DNA of 64,000 nucleotides from Candidatus Woesearchaeota archaeon (GCA_964530955.1 CAZHCL010000001.1:4630-68629), one strand, 5' to 3'. Counted from the stretch's first letter, positions 37,442-47,740 are shown. Program-made: numbers and translations. Notes: a model not told the origin generated them from the sequence alone.

Positions 37442-39162
37442 TCGCTAAACTTCTTTATCAAAGAGATTTCATGTAGTACCTTAAGTTCTGAAGCTGAAAG
37501 AAGCTCCTTGTTATCCTTAAATTTCTTAAATTGCTTTTCTGAAATGTCTGCATAGAGATATTTAATATCCTTAAGTCTTCTATCAAACATTATTCCTGGA
37601 ATTGCAAGTGCAAGCTCCTGACCTTCCTTAGCTTCTTCTACTCCGCTTTTATCAACCTGCAGCGACTTAATTCTCCCTACATGCTCTCCCCTATCATCTA
37701 TCAAAGGAAGATTGACTTTCGCTCTCCCGCCTGCAATTTTTACTCCAAATATTGCTGGATTAGAATTTCTGAAGACATAATTATGTAATATTTCTATCTT
37801 ACATACTGTGGCAAGATCCATCATCTTTTCTTTTTCTATTTCTGCCTGTTTATTCTTTCTCCAGAGCTGCAAATCTTCTATTAACTTGTATATTACATCG
37901 TTAGTAATTACTTTTATATTTCCTTTTTCGACTCCTTCCTCTAACTCAACATTGAAACCGATAACTACTGAGTCAAGAGGAGAGTTCTCTGAATTTGCCT
38001 TTGCTGAAGTCATATCTGATTTTCCTATGGGCCCTATTCCTGCCTTGATAATTTGAATATTTTCTTGCTTAAGCAAAGTTATGAGTGCTTCGAGACTTCC
38101 CAGAGATTCTGCCTTGATTATTATTCCTTGCTTGTCTAGTTGTAAAGCTGTTGAGATTTCTTTCTTGAACTGAAGTTTTGCTTTTTCTAAATCCATCTTG
38201 CTTTTTACCTGCTGGAAAGGCATTCCTGGGAGAACTCCTTCATTATTTGTTAATTGCATTCTAACTCCTGTTGCTGCAAGTGCGTACTTAACACTTGCAA
38301 ACTTGCTCTGCAGAGGTAGGATTTCCTGAATTGCTCTTACTTTAGCCATAATAGGCTCAGAAAGGCTCGCAATGACCAACTCATCACCTTCATCAAGTCT
38401 TCCTTCATAAAGTATTGCCTCACCATAGTGCATTGATTTATCTTTTTTGACTTCAAGAATTACTCCTTTAGCCTCTTCAGACACTTTCAATCTTTCTTTA
38501 AGAAATTTCTGACAGAGACCACAGAGAACAAATAATAGTTCCGATATTCCTTGTTTTGTTCTAGCTGAACATGGAACAAGAGCAATCTTCTTTGTAAAAT
38601 CAGTGACCTCAAAAAATAAGTCTGAATCAAATCCGTGCTCTCTTAAAGAACCCTGAAAAGTTAGAAGAGATTCCTGAAATTCATCGTTAACATTTTGTGC
38701 TTGTCCTTGCACTGACTCTTTTACTGAGCCAAGGTCTTTCCAACCTGAAATAGTGTCTATTTTATTAAGCGCAATTAAAAAAGGAGTTTTGTTAGCTTTT
38801 AATATCTGCAAAACTTCTGCTGTTTGAGGCTTTATTCCTTCCTTTATACTGACTACAAGAATTGCAAGGTCGGCAAGAGCGCCTCCCCTCTTTCTTAGAT
38901 TGGTAAATGCTGCATGACCTGGAGTGTCAATAAATAGAAATCCTGGAATCTCAAGAGATATATTATTCTTTTCAATAAGAGGACATGTTTCCTTAATCAT
39001 CTCATAGGTATATTTTGTAAATGATATCTTTTGCGTTATGCCTCCCGCTTCTCCCTGCTGAAGGGAAGTGCCTCTAAAACAGTCCAAGATGCTTGTTTTG
39101 CCGTGGTCTACATGCCCGCATACGGTTACGATTGGACTGCGGAGTTGGTTCTTTTCAATCAT
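37438..39162 (-). CDS. infB: translation initiation factor aIF5B (IF-2)
   Basis: SPIVTVCGHVDHGKTSILD G1 motif, DTPGH, NKID; 574 aa, no intein. Confidence 0.9.
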   Translation of the reverse strand: MIEKNQLRSPIVTVCGHVDHGKTSILDCFRGTSLQQGEAGGITQKISFTKYTYEMIKETCPLIEKNNISLEIPGFLFIDTPGHAAFTNLRKRGGALADLAILVVSIKEGIKPQTAEVLQILKANKTPFLIALNKIDTISGWKDLGSVKESVQGQAQNVNDEFQESLLTFQGSLREHGFDSDLFFEVTDFTKKIALVPCSARTKQGISELLFVLCGLCQKFLKERLKVSEEAKGVILEVKKDKSMHYGEAILYEGRLDEGDELVIASLSEPIMAKVRAIQEILPLQSKFASVKYALAATGVRMQLTNNEGVLPGMPFQQVKSKMDLEKAKLQFKKEISTALQLDKQGIIIKAESLGSLEALITLLKQENIQIIKAGIGPIGKSDMTSAKANSENSPLDSVVIGFNVELEEGVEKGNIKVITNDVIYKLIEDLQLWRKNKQAEIEKEKMMDLATVCKIEILHNYVFRNSNPAIFGVKIAGGRAKVNLPLIDDRGEHVGRIKSLQVDKSGVEEAKEGQELALAIPGIMFDRRLKDIKYLYADISEKQFKKFKDNKELLSASELKVLHEISLIKKFSD

Positions 39163-39307
39163 AGCTATGACAGAAAAGGCGTGTTTAAAAAGATTTATAA
39201 ATGAAAAATGCCTTTACTTGTTATACTTCTGATGAATACTGGTTAGAAAATAGACTCAAGACAAAGGTTAAAAAGCTTATTTTGACTCTTCTGATTAAGA
39301 GGAAAAA

Positions 39308-41098
39308 TTGACTAATCCACGTAAAAGTAAAAAGGTAGAAATTAGACCTACAATACGGTTGTATTGGAGTTTCCTAAAACCGTATAAATGGCTTTTTTTA
39401 GTTTTGGTTGTGGCCATTTTAATCTGGCAAAGTCTCTTTATTGTTGACAGATACTTATTCAAAATTTTAATCGACCAAGGTTCTCTCTTTGCAAGCAAGA
39501 GCATAAGCTCTCAGGTCTTTTTATTGTATATTAAAGTTTTGGCAATTTCTTTTATAACTGTTGTTTTAGCCCGTATAGGATTGAGATATGGAATAAGAAA
39601 GCAAATAAGGAATCTAGAAGGAAATATTTCATTTGACTTTAAAAAAAGGTTCTTTAACCACATTATATCTCTTTCAAATAGTTTTCACTCTAAAAATAAA
39701 CCTGGATCTTTGATTGTGAGAATGAGCAGGGGCGAAGATTCAATTGAAGATATAACTGACTTCTTCTTGCAGCTGGCTTTTCCCTTTATTATACAAATAG
39801 TTATTGTGAGCTTATCAATCTTCTATTTTGACAAGATTTCTGCGATAGTTGTTATTGGAGTTACAATTGTTTTTACAATATATGGTCTTTTCATACAGAA
39901 TCTACAAAGAAAAGCCACTCTTTCATTAAATAATACGATAGATAAGGAAAAGGATTTCATTGCAGGTTCAATAACCAATATAGACTCAATCAAGTATTTC
40001 GGCAAAGATAACTTTATTAAAGAAAATTATTTTGGGTATGGAAACTCTTCACTTAGAGCATTGCTAAAACATAGAAAGTATTATGAGTTTATGACGATAG
40101 GTAACATGATTCTCATGGCTATTGGTGTGCTTTTAGTAATATATTTTCCACTTAGACAGTTTTTGGTTGGCGCTATATCTATAGGTACTGTGGCTTTTAT
40201 TTATACTTCATATCTAAGCTTTTATGGAACCGTTGGAGACTTCGTCAGAAATTTGAGGCAGTTTTATAAATTTACAGCTGATTTTCATTCTATAATAGAT
40301 TATTTCAAAGTCAAGAATGAGATAAAAGATAGCCCAAACAGTAGAACAATGGAAGTTATTAAAGGAGAAATTAATTTCAAAGATATATCTTTTAGTTATA
40401 ATAAAAGAAAAATAATAAAAAACCTTAACTTAGAAATAAAACCTGGTGAGAAATTGGCTTTGGTTGGACATTCAGGTTCAGGTAAAACTACCTTGGTTAA
40501 ACTGCTATATCGGCTTTATGATGTGGATAAAGGAGAAATATTGATTGATAACAATAATATTACCGAATACAAGCAGGAATCATTACGTTCAGAGTTAAGT
40601 ATTGTTCCTCAGGAATGTGTCCTGTTCAATGATTCTATTTATAACAATGTCAAATTCTCCAATCCTAAAGCAAGTAGAGAGCAAGTATTAAAAGCGATAA
40701 AATTTGCGCAACTTGATAAATTCATTGAAAATCTTCCAAAAAAAGAAAACACGATAGTAGGAGAAAGAGGAATCAAACTCTCTGGAGGTGAAAAACAGAG
40801 AGTTTCGATTGCTAGGGCTCTCTTGGCAGATAAAAAAATAATTGTTTTGGATGAAGCTACCTCTTCTTTGGATTCCCAGACAGAACACGAAATTCAAAAT
40901 GATTTAGAGAACCTTCTCAAAGGTAGAACATCAATTATAATAGCACACCGATTGTCAACAATCATGAAAGCAGATAAGATAGTCGTTCTGAATAAAGGAA
41001 AGATTGTACAGGCTGGAACTCACAGGAGTCTGATTAATGAACCTGGATTGTATAGAAAACTCTGGAATTTACAAAAAGGCGGATATATTGGTGAGTAA
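39308..41098 (+). CDS. ABC transporter, fused permease/ATPase (type I exporter, MsbA-like)
   Basis: 6-TM N-terminal domain; GHSGSGKTT, LSGGEKQRVSIARAL, VLDEATSSLD. Confidence 0.9.
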   Translation: MTNPRKSKKVEIRPTIRLYWSFLKPYKWLFLVLVVAILIWQSLFIVDRYLFKILIDQGSLFASKSISSQVFLLYIKVLAISFITVVLARIGLRYGIRKQIRNLEGNISFDFKKRFFNHIISLSNSFHSKNKPGSLIVRMSRGEDSIEDITDFFLQLAFPFIIQIVIVSLSIFYFDKISAIVVIGVTIVFTIYGLFIQNLQRKATLSLNNTIDKEKDFIAGSITNIDSIKYFGKDNFIKENYFGYGNSSLRALLKHRKYYEFMTIGNMILMAIGVLLVIYFPLRQFLVGAISIGTVAFIYTSYLSFYGTVGDFVRNLRQFYKFTADFHSIIDYFKVKNEIKDSPNSRTMEVIKGEINFKDISFSYNKRKIIKNLNLEIKPGEKLALVGHSGSGKTTLVKLLYRLYDVDKGEILIDNNNITEYKQESLRSELSIVPQECVLFNDSIYNNVKFSNPKASREQVLKAIKFAQLDKFIENLPKKENTIVGERGIKLSGGEKQRVSIARALLADKKIIVLDEATSSLDSQTEHEIQNDLENLLKGRTSIIIAHRLSTIMKADKIVVLNKGKIVQAGTHRSLINEPGLYRKLWNLQKGGYIGE

Positions 41099-41118
41099 AT
41101 TTTTAAGGTCAAATTATT

Positions 41119-41379
41119 TTAATAAACATCATCATGGTGTGCGTAATCAAGAAGACGGACAAGGTTTTCATTTTCAAGAAATTCATAAGTAAGAACAAAA
41201 TTTCGAATATGAACTCTTCTTTGCCCAACCATATTTGCTGTGAGCGGCTTTCCAATCCATGGATTTTCAATAATTTCTTTTATTTTTCTACTTAATATCT
41301 CAAATTGCAATTTATCTCTTTTAGAAATTTTGTTAAATATCCTGTCTAGATTTTCAGAAACTTCCAGTTTATAAGTCAA
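41119..41379 (-). CDS. relE: RelE/ParE-family toxin
   Basis: 86 aa with ...NPWIGKPL...GQRRVHIRNFVLTYEF..., the RelE/StbE signature. Confidence 0.7.
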   Translation of the reverse strand: MTYKLEVSENLDRIFNKISKRDKLQFEILSRKIKEIIENPWIGKPLTANMVGQRRVHIRNFVLTYEFLENENLVRLLDYAHHDDVY

Positions 41380-41381
41380 TT

Positions 41382-41609
41382 TTATTGGTACCTTTTCTCA
41401 AAATCTTTATATGCACCTATCTTAATAAATTCAGCTTTTCTAATTGCATCAAGCTTCTTCAGATATTCTTCTCTGACTTTAGGCTCAGTCTCAACTTGAG
41501 CTTTGATAAAAGTATTAATTTGGTTGCTCATGCTAATTCCATTTTCCTTGCAAAACTGAGAATACTTTTCATAGATGCTCTCTTCTACATTAAATGTTTT
41601 CAATACCAT
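41382..41609 (-). CDS. putative antitoxin partner of RelE
   Basis: 75-aa ORF immediately upstream (3-bp gap) in the same orientation. Confidence 0.5.
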   Translation of the reverse strand: MVLKTFNVEESIYEKYSQFCKENGISMSNQINTFIKAQVETEPKVREEYLKKLDAIRKAEFIKIGAYKDFEKRYQ

Positions 41610-41676
41610 ATTAAATAAAGTTATTTAATCCTATTTAAGCCTTTTGCTGGTCGATTAAAGTGCCAAAAGTGTGGAA

Positions 41677-41760
41677 TGCGGGGAGAAGGGTTCGAACCTT
41701 CGTAGGCACTAAGCCAATGCGTCTTGAGCGCATCCCGTTTGACCACTCCGGCATCCCCGC
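41677..41760 (-). tRNA. tRNA-Leu (anticodon CAA), long variable arm
   Basis: Acceptor GCGGGGA/TCCCCGC, anticodon stem ATGCG/CGCAT with loop CTCAAGA, variable arm TGGCTTAGTGCCTAC, T-arm GAAGG-TTCGAAC-CCTTC. Confidence 0.85.
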
Positions 41761-41853
41761 TTAAAATAGTGATACAAGAAGATGTTTTAAATTTTAGTAT
41801 TTACAAAAATAGGAGATATTAACATTTTTATACCTCCTGCCTCTATAAAAAAT

Positions 41854-43668
41854 ATGAAAAGTAAAGAAAAATTTTACATTACGACTGCAATAGATTATGT
41901 AAACTCCAGACCGCATTGTGGGCATGCATTTGAGAAAACCTTAGCTGATACTCTGGCTCGTTATAAAAGGCTGCATGGATATAAAGTATTCTTCCTTACT
42001 GGTGTAGATGAAAACGCTCAAAAGAACGTTCAGGCCGCCGAAAAGGCAGGCGTTCCAGTCAAAGAGTTTATTGATAAAAATACCTCTTTTTTCATAGAAT
42101 TATGCAAGAAGCTCAATTTGAGCCATGATGATTTTGTTAGAACAACTGCTAAAGAGCACGCAGTTGTAGTCCAAAAGCTGGTAAAAAAGATGATAGATAA
42201 AGGAGATATTTACAAGGGAACTTACGAAGGACTTTACTGTGTTGGCTGTGAAGCATATTATACTGAAAAAGACCTGATTGACGGCAAATGCCCAGAACAT
42301 AATACCAAACCAGAACTCAGAAAAGAAGATGCTTACTTCTTCAAATTGAGCAAATATAAATCTAAGCTCTTAAAACTAATTCCAAAATATGTAGTGCCTA
42401 AATCCAAAGCCAACGAAGTTATCGCTAGGATAAAAGAAGAGTTAAGTGACATCTGCGTAAGTAGGAAAGGCGCAAAATGGGGAATAGATTTCCCTAACGA
42501 CTCTAATTTTAAAGTTTGGGTCTGGATTGACGCTCTCATAAATTATATTTCGGGTCTTAAAGGGAAGGAGAAAGAATATTGGCCTGCAGACGTTCATGTA
42601 ATCGGAAAAGGTATAAATTGGTTTCATTCTGTTATTTGGCCAGCATTGCTAATATCTGCAGAATACGAATTGCCTAAGACTCTTTTGGTTCATGGCTATC
42701 TTACTATAGGAGATAAAAAAATGTCAAAGTCATTAGGAAATATAATAGATCCTTTGGTCTTGCTCGAAAAATACTCTGCGGATAGCATGAGATATTCTCT
42801 GTTAAAATGCTCTGTTTTTGAAGATTCTGATTATTCTGAAGATATACTTGTCAGAAGGAATAATGATGAGCTTGCAAATAAATTAGGCAACCTCATAAGC
42901 AGAGTTTCGACTTTAGCTGAAAAATATGGTTTGGAAAAGACAAAGCCTCTTGACAGTTCAAAAACGGTCAAGTCTGTGGAGAAACATATGGATAATTATG
43001 AATTTGATAAAGCATTAAACGAAATATTTTCATTTGTTGATAAGAGTAATGAATACGCACAGACAAAAAAGCCCTGGGAAAATGGAGATAAGAAAGTAAT
43101 TTACGAGCTGGCAAGTGCAATAAAGGATATTGCAATATTACTCAGCCCATTCATGCCTGAATCTGCTGAGAAGATAGCTAGAACATTCAAATTTGAAATC
43201 TCCCTAGAGGCATTAAAGTCTCCTCTTAAAATAAATAAAATAGTCAAGGCAGATATTTTGTTCAATAAAATAGAAGGCAAGGAAAAAGAATCTGAAAATC
43301 AAAAAGTTAATAAATCTCCTAAGATTGAGGGAATTATGTCAACAATAGAATTTCCTGATTGGGAGAAAATAGATCTTAGAGTTGGGAAGATAGAGAAAGC
43401 TGAAGATATAGAAGGAGCCGACAAACTCTACAAGCTAACTATTAATCTTGGTTCAGAAAAAAGAACTATCTGCGCGGGAATAAAGAAATTTTATTCAAAG
43501 GATGAGTTGAAAAATAGGAAATGTGTTATTTTTGTTAACCTAGCTCCTAGAAAAATGAAGGGAGTTGAGTCTCAGGGAATGCTTCTGGCTGCTGTTTCAG
43601 ATGACCAGTCACAGGTAGTTCTTTTGCAGCCTGAAAAAGAGATAAAAGAAGGCAGTAAAATAAGATAA
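41854..43668 (+). CDS. metG: methionine--tRNA ligase with C-terminal tRNA-binding (EMAP/Trbp111-like) domain
   Basis: Class I motifs PHCGHA (HxGH) and KMSKS; zinc knuckle CVGCEAYY...CPEH; C-terminal DLRVGKIEKAE...GMLLAA. Confidence 0.9.
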   Translation: MKSKEKFYITTAIDYVNSRPHCGHAFEKTLADTLARYKRLHGYKVFFLTGVDENAQKNVQAAEKAGVPVKEFIDKNTSFFIELCKKLNLSHDDFVRTTAKEHAVVVQKLVKKMIDKGDIYKGTYEGLYCVGCEAYYTEKDLIDGKCPEHNTKPELRKEDAYFFKLSKYKSKLLKLIPKYVVPKSKANEVIARIKEELSDICVSRKGAKWGIDFPNDSNFKVWVWIDALINYISGLKGKEKEYWPADVHVIGKGINWFHSVIWPALLISAEYELPKTLLVHGYLTIGDKKMSKSLGNIIDPLVLLEKYSADSMRYSLLKCSVFEDSDYSEDILVRRNNDELANKLGNLISRVSTLAEKYGLEKTKPLDSSKTVKSVEKHMDNYEFDKALNEIFSFVDKSNEYAQTKKPWENGDKKVIYELASAIKDIAILLSPFMPESAEKIARTFKFEISLEALKSPLKINKIVKADILFNKIEGKEKESENQKVNKSPKIEGIMSTIEFPDWEKIDLRVGKIEKAEDIEGADKLYKLTINLGSEKRTICAGIKKFYSKDELKNRKCVIFVNLAPRKMKGVESQGMLLAAVSDDQSQVVLLQPEKEIKEGSKIR

Positions 43669-43692
43669 ATCTAAAGAATATAAAAGATAAAA

Positions 43693-44448
43693 TTATCTTC
43701 CCAGAAGAACATCCATGAAGGTAACTTTTTCCTTGTAGGAGCCATTGCCAATTATTCTAGCGGCTATTTCTCTATATGCTCTTGAAGCTTTGCTCTTTGG
43801 ATGAGTATGAATTAATGCATTTTTCATAAGAAGAGCTTTTTGCATGTTTTTATCATCAGGCACAACACCAAGAATAGGCAGTTCAAGCATATCTCTTATA
43901 TTTCTTATCGGCATTTCAGTTTTGAGACCGCGGTACTTGTTGACTATCACTCCTTTTACTCTCTTTCCCATTTGTTCTATCACTTTGCTTGTTTTCAAAG
44001 CATCCGTGACTGCAGGTATCTCTGGGTTTGTTACAATAATAAGTTCGTCAGCAGATTCAATCGCAGCAATTGCTTCTTCCCCCAGACCTGCAGCAGAGTC
44101 GTAAAGAATGTAGTCAGCCATCTTTCTTAACTTTTTACCTACTTCTTTGAGTCGACCATGATTAAGTCTTCTAAGTTCTCTTACTGATAATGAACTTGGA
44201 ATTATTTTTGTGCCTGATTCGTGCTCGTAAATTGCATCAGCAATCTTAGCTTTTCCCAAAAGAACATGATTCAAGCTGACTGGAACAATGGGCGCGCCTA
44301 GATGAAGCCCAACGTTAGGAGTTGTCAAATTGGCATCAAGAATAATAACTTCTTTACCGAAAGAATTTAAGGCTGCTCCTAAATTAATAGTGGTTGTCGT
44401 CTTGCCTACTCCCCCTTTTCCCGATGTAATCGTGATTAACTTAGCCAT
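43693..44448 (-). CDS. minD: MinD/ParA-family ATPase
   Basis: Deviant Walker A SGKGGVGKTTTT; 251 aa. Confidence 0.85.
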   Translation of the reverse strand: MAKLITITSGKGGVGKTTTTINLGAALNSFGKEVIILDANLTTPNVGLHLGAPIVPVSLNHVLLGKAKIADAIYEHESGTKIIPSSLSVRELRRLNHGRLKEVGKKLRKMADYILYDSAAGLGEEAIAAIESADELIIVTNPEIPAVTDALKTSKVIEQMGKRVKGVIVNKYRGLKTEMPIRNIRDMLELPILGVVPDDKNMQKALLMKNALIHTHPKSKASRAYREIAARIIGNGSYKEKVTFMDVLLGR

Positions 44449-44488
44449 ATTTTCCCAGGTGAATAAAATAACACCTGAATAAAGAGAA

Positions 44489-44914
44489 CTATTTCAAAGC
44501 ACTTATAAACCTTTCTAAGATAACTGAATACTCTTTCAACTTATCAAGATTTATATTAATAACCTGAGCCTTATAATTTACTCTGAGATTTACTCCTTTT
44601 CTAAATTCATTCTCTCTTACTTTTTCCAGAGTTTCTATATCTCTGAATAAATCATACAGATTTAAAGTATCAAGAATATCTTTATTATTTGAATAAATCT
44701 GCTTTAGTTGCACAAGTTTTGCTCTTGGAGCGTTTGGAACTGGTTTCCACTTCTTACTCTTCTTCGAGTCTTCAACTAACTTATCCATTCCCATCTCTAT
44801 CATTATCTTCCACCTTAGCAAAAGGTTTATGATTACGTCACACGTCTTTGTATACTTCAGGCTGACGTACAGCAGATGGTCGGCACTGATTTTTTCCTTT
44901 ATTATCGATTCCAT
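44489..44914 (-). CDS. hypothetical protein
   Basis: ORF only. Confidence 0.35.
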   Translation of the reverse strand: MESIIKEKISADHLLYVSLKYTKTCDVIINLLLRWKIMIEMGMDKLVEDSKKSKKWKPVPNAPRAKLVQLKQIYSNNKDILDTLNLYDLFRDIETLEKVRENEFRKGVNLRVNYKAQVININLDKLKEYSVILERFISALK

Positions 44915-45029
44915 TTAAGACAAATACCTAGCTTGAAAAGTAATAATCTGGAATAATTTCTCCTATTTATATCTTTCTGATTAGAAAAATAATATATATT
45001 TTACATTAGTATAATAAGTTCGCTTTAAT

Positions 45030-45512
45030 TTAATAATGCTGGGATATTTTATTACGAAAATCAAAAAGCAACTTCTTTAATAGAATTATGAACTCATTCA
45101 TCTGTTCAGTTGTAAGCTCGTTCATTTCTAAATTATCATCTAGGATTATAGCTTTTCTTTTGTGTGAAAATTCAAAGCCCGACTGTTTATGTTTTTTTCC
45201 AAGAAAAATAATTTTCTTTAAGTTATCCTGCTCAGACTTAGTCAGATTATATATTGCTGCACACTTTTCAAAAAAGATTTCAAAATTTTTATCTTTTTCT
45301 TTAGAAAGTTCTATTCTTTTAGAAATATACTCATACTTCAGTATTGCAGAAATTAAGGAAACTGCCTCTTTATGCAATAACTCTAAAACCTTTATTAAAA
45401 TTCTAGAATCTCCCGTATTAGGAAGTATTGAATTTGTAATATTTTGAGCGTCGCCGAGATTTTTTTCTGCGCTTATTATTGAATCAGCAAATTTTTTTTC
45501 AAATGGAACCAT
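45030..45512 (-). CDS. hypothetical protein
   Basis: ORF only. Confidence 0.35.
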   Translation of the reverse strand: MVPFEKKFADSIISAEKNLGDAQNITNSILPNTGDSRILIKVLELLHKEAVSLISAILKYEYISKRIELSKEKDKNFEIFFEKCAAIYNLTKSEQDNLKKIIFLGKKHKQSGFEFSHKRKAIILDDNLEMNELTTEQMNEFIILLKKLLFDFRNKISQHY

Positions 45513-45517
45513 TTTTA

Positions 45518-45853
45518 TTAAGACAAACTCACGATAGCTTCAGCGATATCACCATTTGCTTTTTCTAAAGCAGACTTAGATTCTTCTTCTGATTTGCCTG
45601 TTTTTTCCATAACCAGATTAATATCTTCTTGCTTTATTCCTTCTTCTTTTGATTCTTCTCTTATTTCTCCAGCTATCTGAAAAGTGGTTTGGCCTTGCAT
45701 AATTATCTTCTGAACGCTTGCAGGCTCTATTACGATATTTTTTTCAGAACCTTCGATTACCACTCTAAGTGCATCTACTTCCTCATTTTTTATACCCATT
45801 TGCTTCATCATAGCCTGCATTTTTTTTGGGTCTAATCCGCCGAACATGTTCAT
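45518..45853 (-). CDS. nac: nascent polypeptide-associated complex protein (archaeal NAC alpha)
   Basis: NAC domain plus C-terminal UBA-like (ESKSALEKANGDIAEAIVSL). Confidence 0.8.
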   Translation of the reverse strand: MNMFGGLDPKKMQAMMKQMGIKNEEVDALRVVIEGSEKNIVIEPASVQKIIMQGQTTFQIAGEIREESKEEGIKQEDINLVMEKTGKSEEESKSALEKANGDIAEAIVSLS

Positions 45854-45896
45854 TGGAAAAATAAAGACTATAAATAGATTTCGAATTTGTCAAAAA

Positions 45897-46061
45897 TTAG
45901 CCAGTGATTGGCCAGAATACCTTCAATCCTATTACTAGCAGGATCAAAACAACTATAAAAGCCACTACGTGAGCTGGCTTAAGCATTACCTTACTATCAT
46001 ACTCTTCATCGTATCTCATCAAGCCGCCAAAACCTGGCAAGCTTATTTTGTCATCAGCCAT
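45897..46061 (-). CDS. secG: preprotein translocase subunit Sec61beta/SecG (54 aa), absent from the ORF track
   Basis: MADDKISLPGFGGLMRYDEEYDSKVMLKPAHVVAFIVVLILLVIGLKVFWPITG, with the conserved GGLxRY...single C-terminal TM architecture. Confidence 0.6.
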   Translation of the reverse strand: MADDKISLPGFGGLMRYDEEYDSKVMLKPAHVVAFIVVLILLVIGLKVFWPITG

Positions 46062-46091
46062 ACTCTAAAAGAACAAAAATAGTATAAAAAC

Positions 46092-46736
46092 TTATCTCTC
46101 ATCCAATTTTTCTAAAAACCTTTTCTTTTCTCTTCCAGGAACTTCCTTACCCCAAAGAACAAAAACACGATTAATTCTTGACCAATAGTTTTTGGGAGCT
46201 ATTTTCATCAGTTCAAACTCTGTCTCTGTGGGATTTTTAGTTTTTACAATATTTAATACATTTGAAATTCTATGGACATGGGTGTCTACTGTGATGCTGT
46301 CTTTATTATGTATTTCGCTTAAGACAAGATTCGCTGTTTTTCTACCTACCCCTGGAATCTGAACAAGAAGTTCTATCTCATCAGGAACTTTAGAATTAAA
46401 ATTTTCTACCATAAATTTGGCAGCTTCAATCACATTCTTTGCCTTAGTTCTATTATAGTTAAGACTTTTAAAAATTAAAAGCACTTCTTCGTATTTTGCC
46501 TTTGAAAGAGATTCTAAAGAATGATATTTTCCGAATAGAGATTCGGCAATGGGTATTGTTGTTTCATCCCTGCTTTGAGCGCTCATTATTGTTGCAATAA
46601 GAGTCTGCCAATCCTCTTTCCATCCCTCTCCAGCAAGCCTTTTCGTATCTTTGCTGTATTTTTTCTCAGCTCTTTTAAATATTTTTAGAAAGAAATCTCT
46701 TTTTTCTTGTAGATTCATAAGCATATTAGGTAACAA
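46092..46736 (-). CDS. HhH-GPD superfamily DNA glycosylase (endonuclease III-like, no Fe-S Cys cluster)
   Basis: LVQIPGVGRKTANLVLSEI helix-hairpin-helix; VDTHVHRI catalytic Asp region; no C-terminal Cys4. Confidence 0.7.
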   Translation of the reverse strand: MLPNMLMNLQEKRDFFLKIFKRAEKKYSKDTKRLAGEGWKEDWQTLIATIMSAQSRDETTIPIAESLFGKYHSLESLSKAKYEEVLLIFKSLNYNRTKAKNVIEAAKFMVENFNSKVPDEIELLVQIPGVGRKTANLVLSEIHNKDSITVDTHVHRISNVLNIVKTKNPTETEFELMKIAPKNYWSRINRVFVLWGKEVPGREKKRFLEKLDER

Positions 46737-46777
46737 TGTTATAAAAAAGTTTGCTAATTGTTTTTTGGAGAGTTATA

Positions 46778-47176
46778 CTATGCCTTTTCTGATATAGGTA
46801 TTTGAGCTAAAGAGTATATATGTGATATCATTTTGTCCAAAGTTTCAGAAGCGGCGACTAAATAAGCAACGTCTGAAAATTTTTGGGCAGCAGGTTCAGC
46901 TACAGACTGACTATCGTAAAATTTCCTAGCACCTCTAAGACAATGAACTAGCTCACCAGCCAATGTTCTTGATCTTTCTGGACGATCTTCAACTAAAGAG
47001 AATAAAGGCAGAATAGCACTATTAAGTGCGTAATGCGCATCTGCAAGCTGTGCAGGGTTCAATCCAGGAAGAGAATTGAGATGCCTTACTGATAACTCAT
47101 AGGCAGGTAAAATTATTTTTCTTAGAGAGGGACGTATTGAGTCCGCTTCATCCTCTGCTGTGAATTGTCTTGCCAT
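46778..47176 (-). CDS. hypothetical protein, higher-GC composition
   Basis: Ala/Leu/Arg-rich 132-aa ORF with GC-rich codons unlike its neighbours. Confidence 0.4.
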   Translation of the reverse strand: MARQFTAEDEADSIRPSLRKIILPAYELSVRHLNSLPGLNPAQLADAHYALNSAILPLFSLVEDRPERSRTLAGELVHCLRGARKFYDSQSVAEPAAQKFSDVAYLVAASETLDKMISHIYSLAQIPISEKA

Positions 47177-47307
47177 TTTAATCTTCTATAAAAACAAATA
47201 GTGCGTATTTAAACCATTGCCCTATTAAAAATAAAAAAGTTTTAACGAGATATTAGTAGTGAAAAATTAGATACAAGATTTAAATAAACATTTAATTTAA
47301 ATTTCCT

Positions 47308-47694
47308 ATGGAAAACGAATATATCGGAAGGGAGATTCGCATTGCTGGCCCGGATCATAGAGGTTGCACTAACCCTCACATAGAGGTCATTGTTGACGGC
47401 TCAGCTGATTGTTTGGTGTATTTAAGAACAGATTTTAATCCTGGAAGAGGTCCACCTAAATTTGAAGAATCATTAGATAAAAAAGTTAATCTTGAAGCAA
47501 GTAGGGAAGACATTAGAGCTTGGAGTGGCAATAATCCTCTCTTTGAAAATATTCCTCGTCAAAGAGCAGATAAAGTTGCTCTTGAAGAAGCTAAAAGAAG
47601 AAAATTAGTGCTATATAGAACAGTTCATGAACCAAGGTATAGCACCATTGTTGCTTGGTGTCCAGATGATTGGCAGCCTCATGAGGAGAGATAA
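47308..47694 (+). CDS. hypothetical protein, higher-GC composition
   Basis: 128-aa ORF, divergent from 46778-47176; Pro/Arg/Trp-rich. Confidence 0.4.
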   Translation: MENEYIGREIRIAGPDHRGCTNPHIEVIVDGSADCLVYLRTDFNPGRGPPKFEESLDKKVNLEASREDIRAWSGNNPLFENIPRQRADKVALEEAKRRKLVLYRTVHEPRYSTIVAWCPDDWQPHEER

Positions 47695-47740
47695 TTCTTC
47701 CCACCCTAAAATTTAAAACATCTTCTTTCTTACTGAAAAC

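Noticed and set aside
39295-39504. 69-aa minus-strand ORF
   Set aside because: It overlaps the start of the well-supported ABC exporter on the opposite strand, lies in an AT-rich promoter region, and has no motif.
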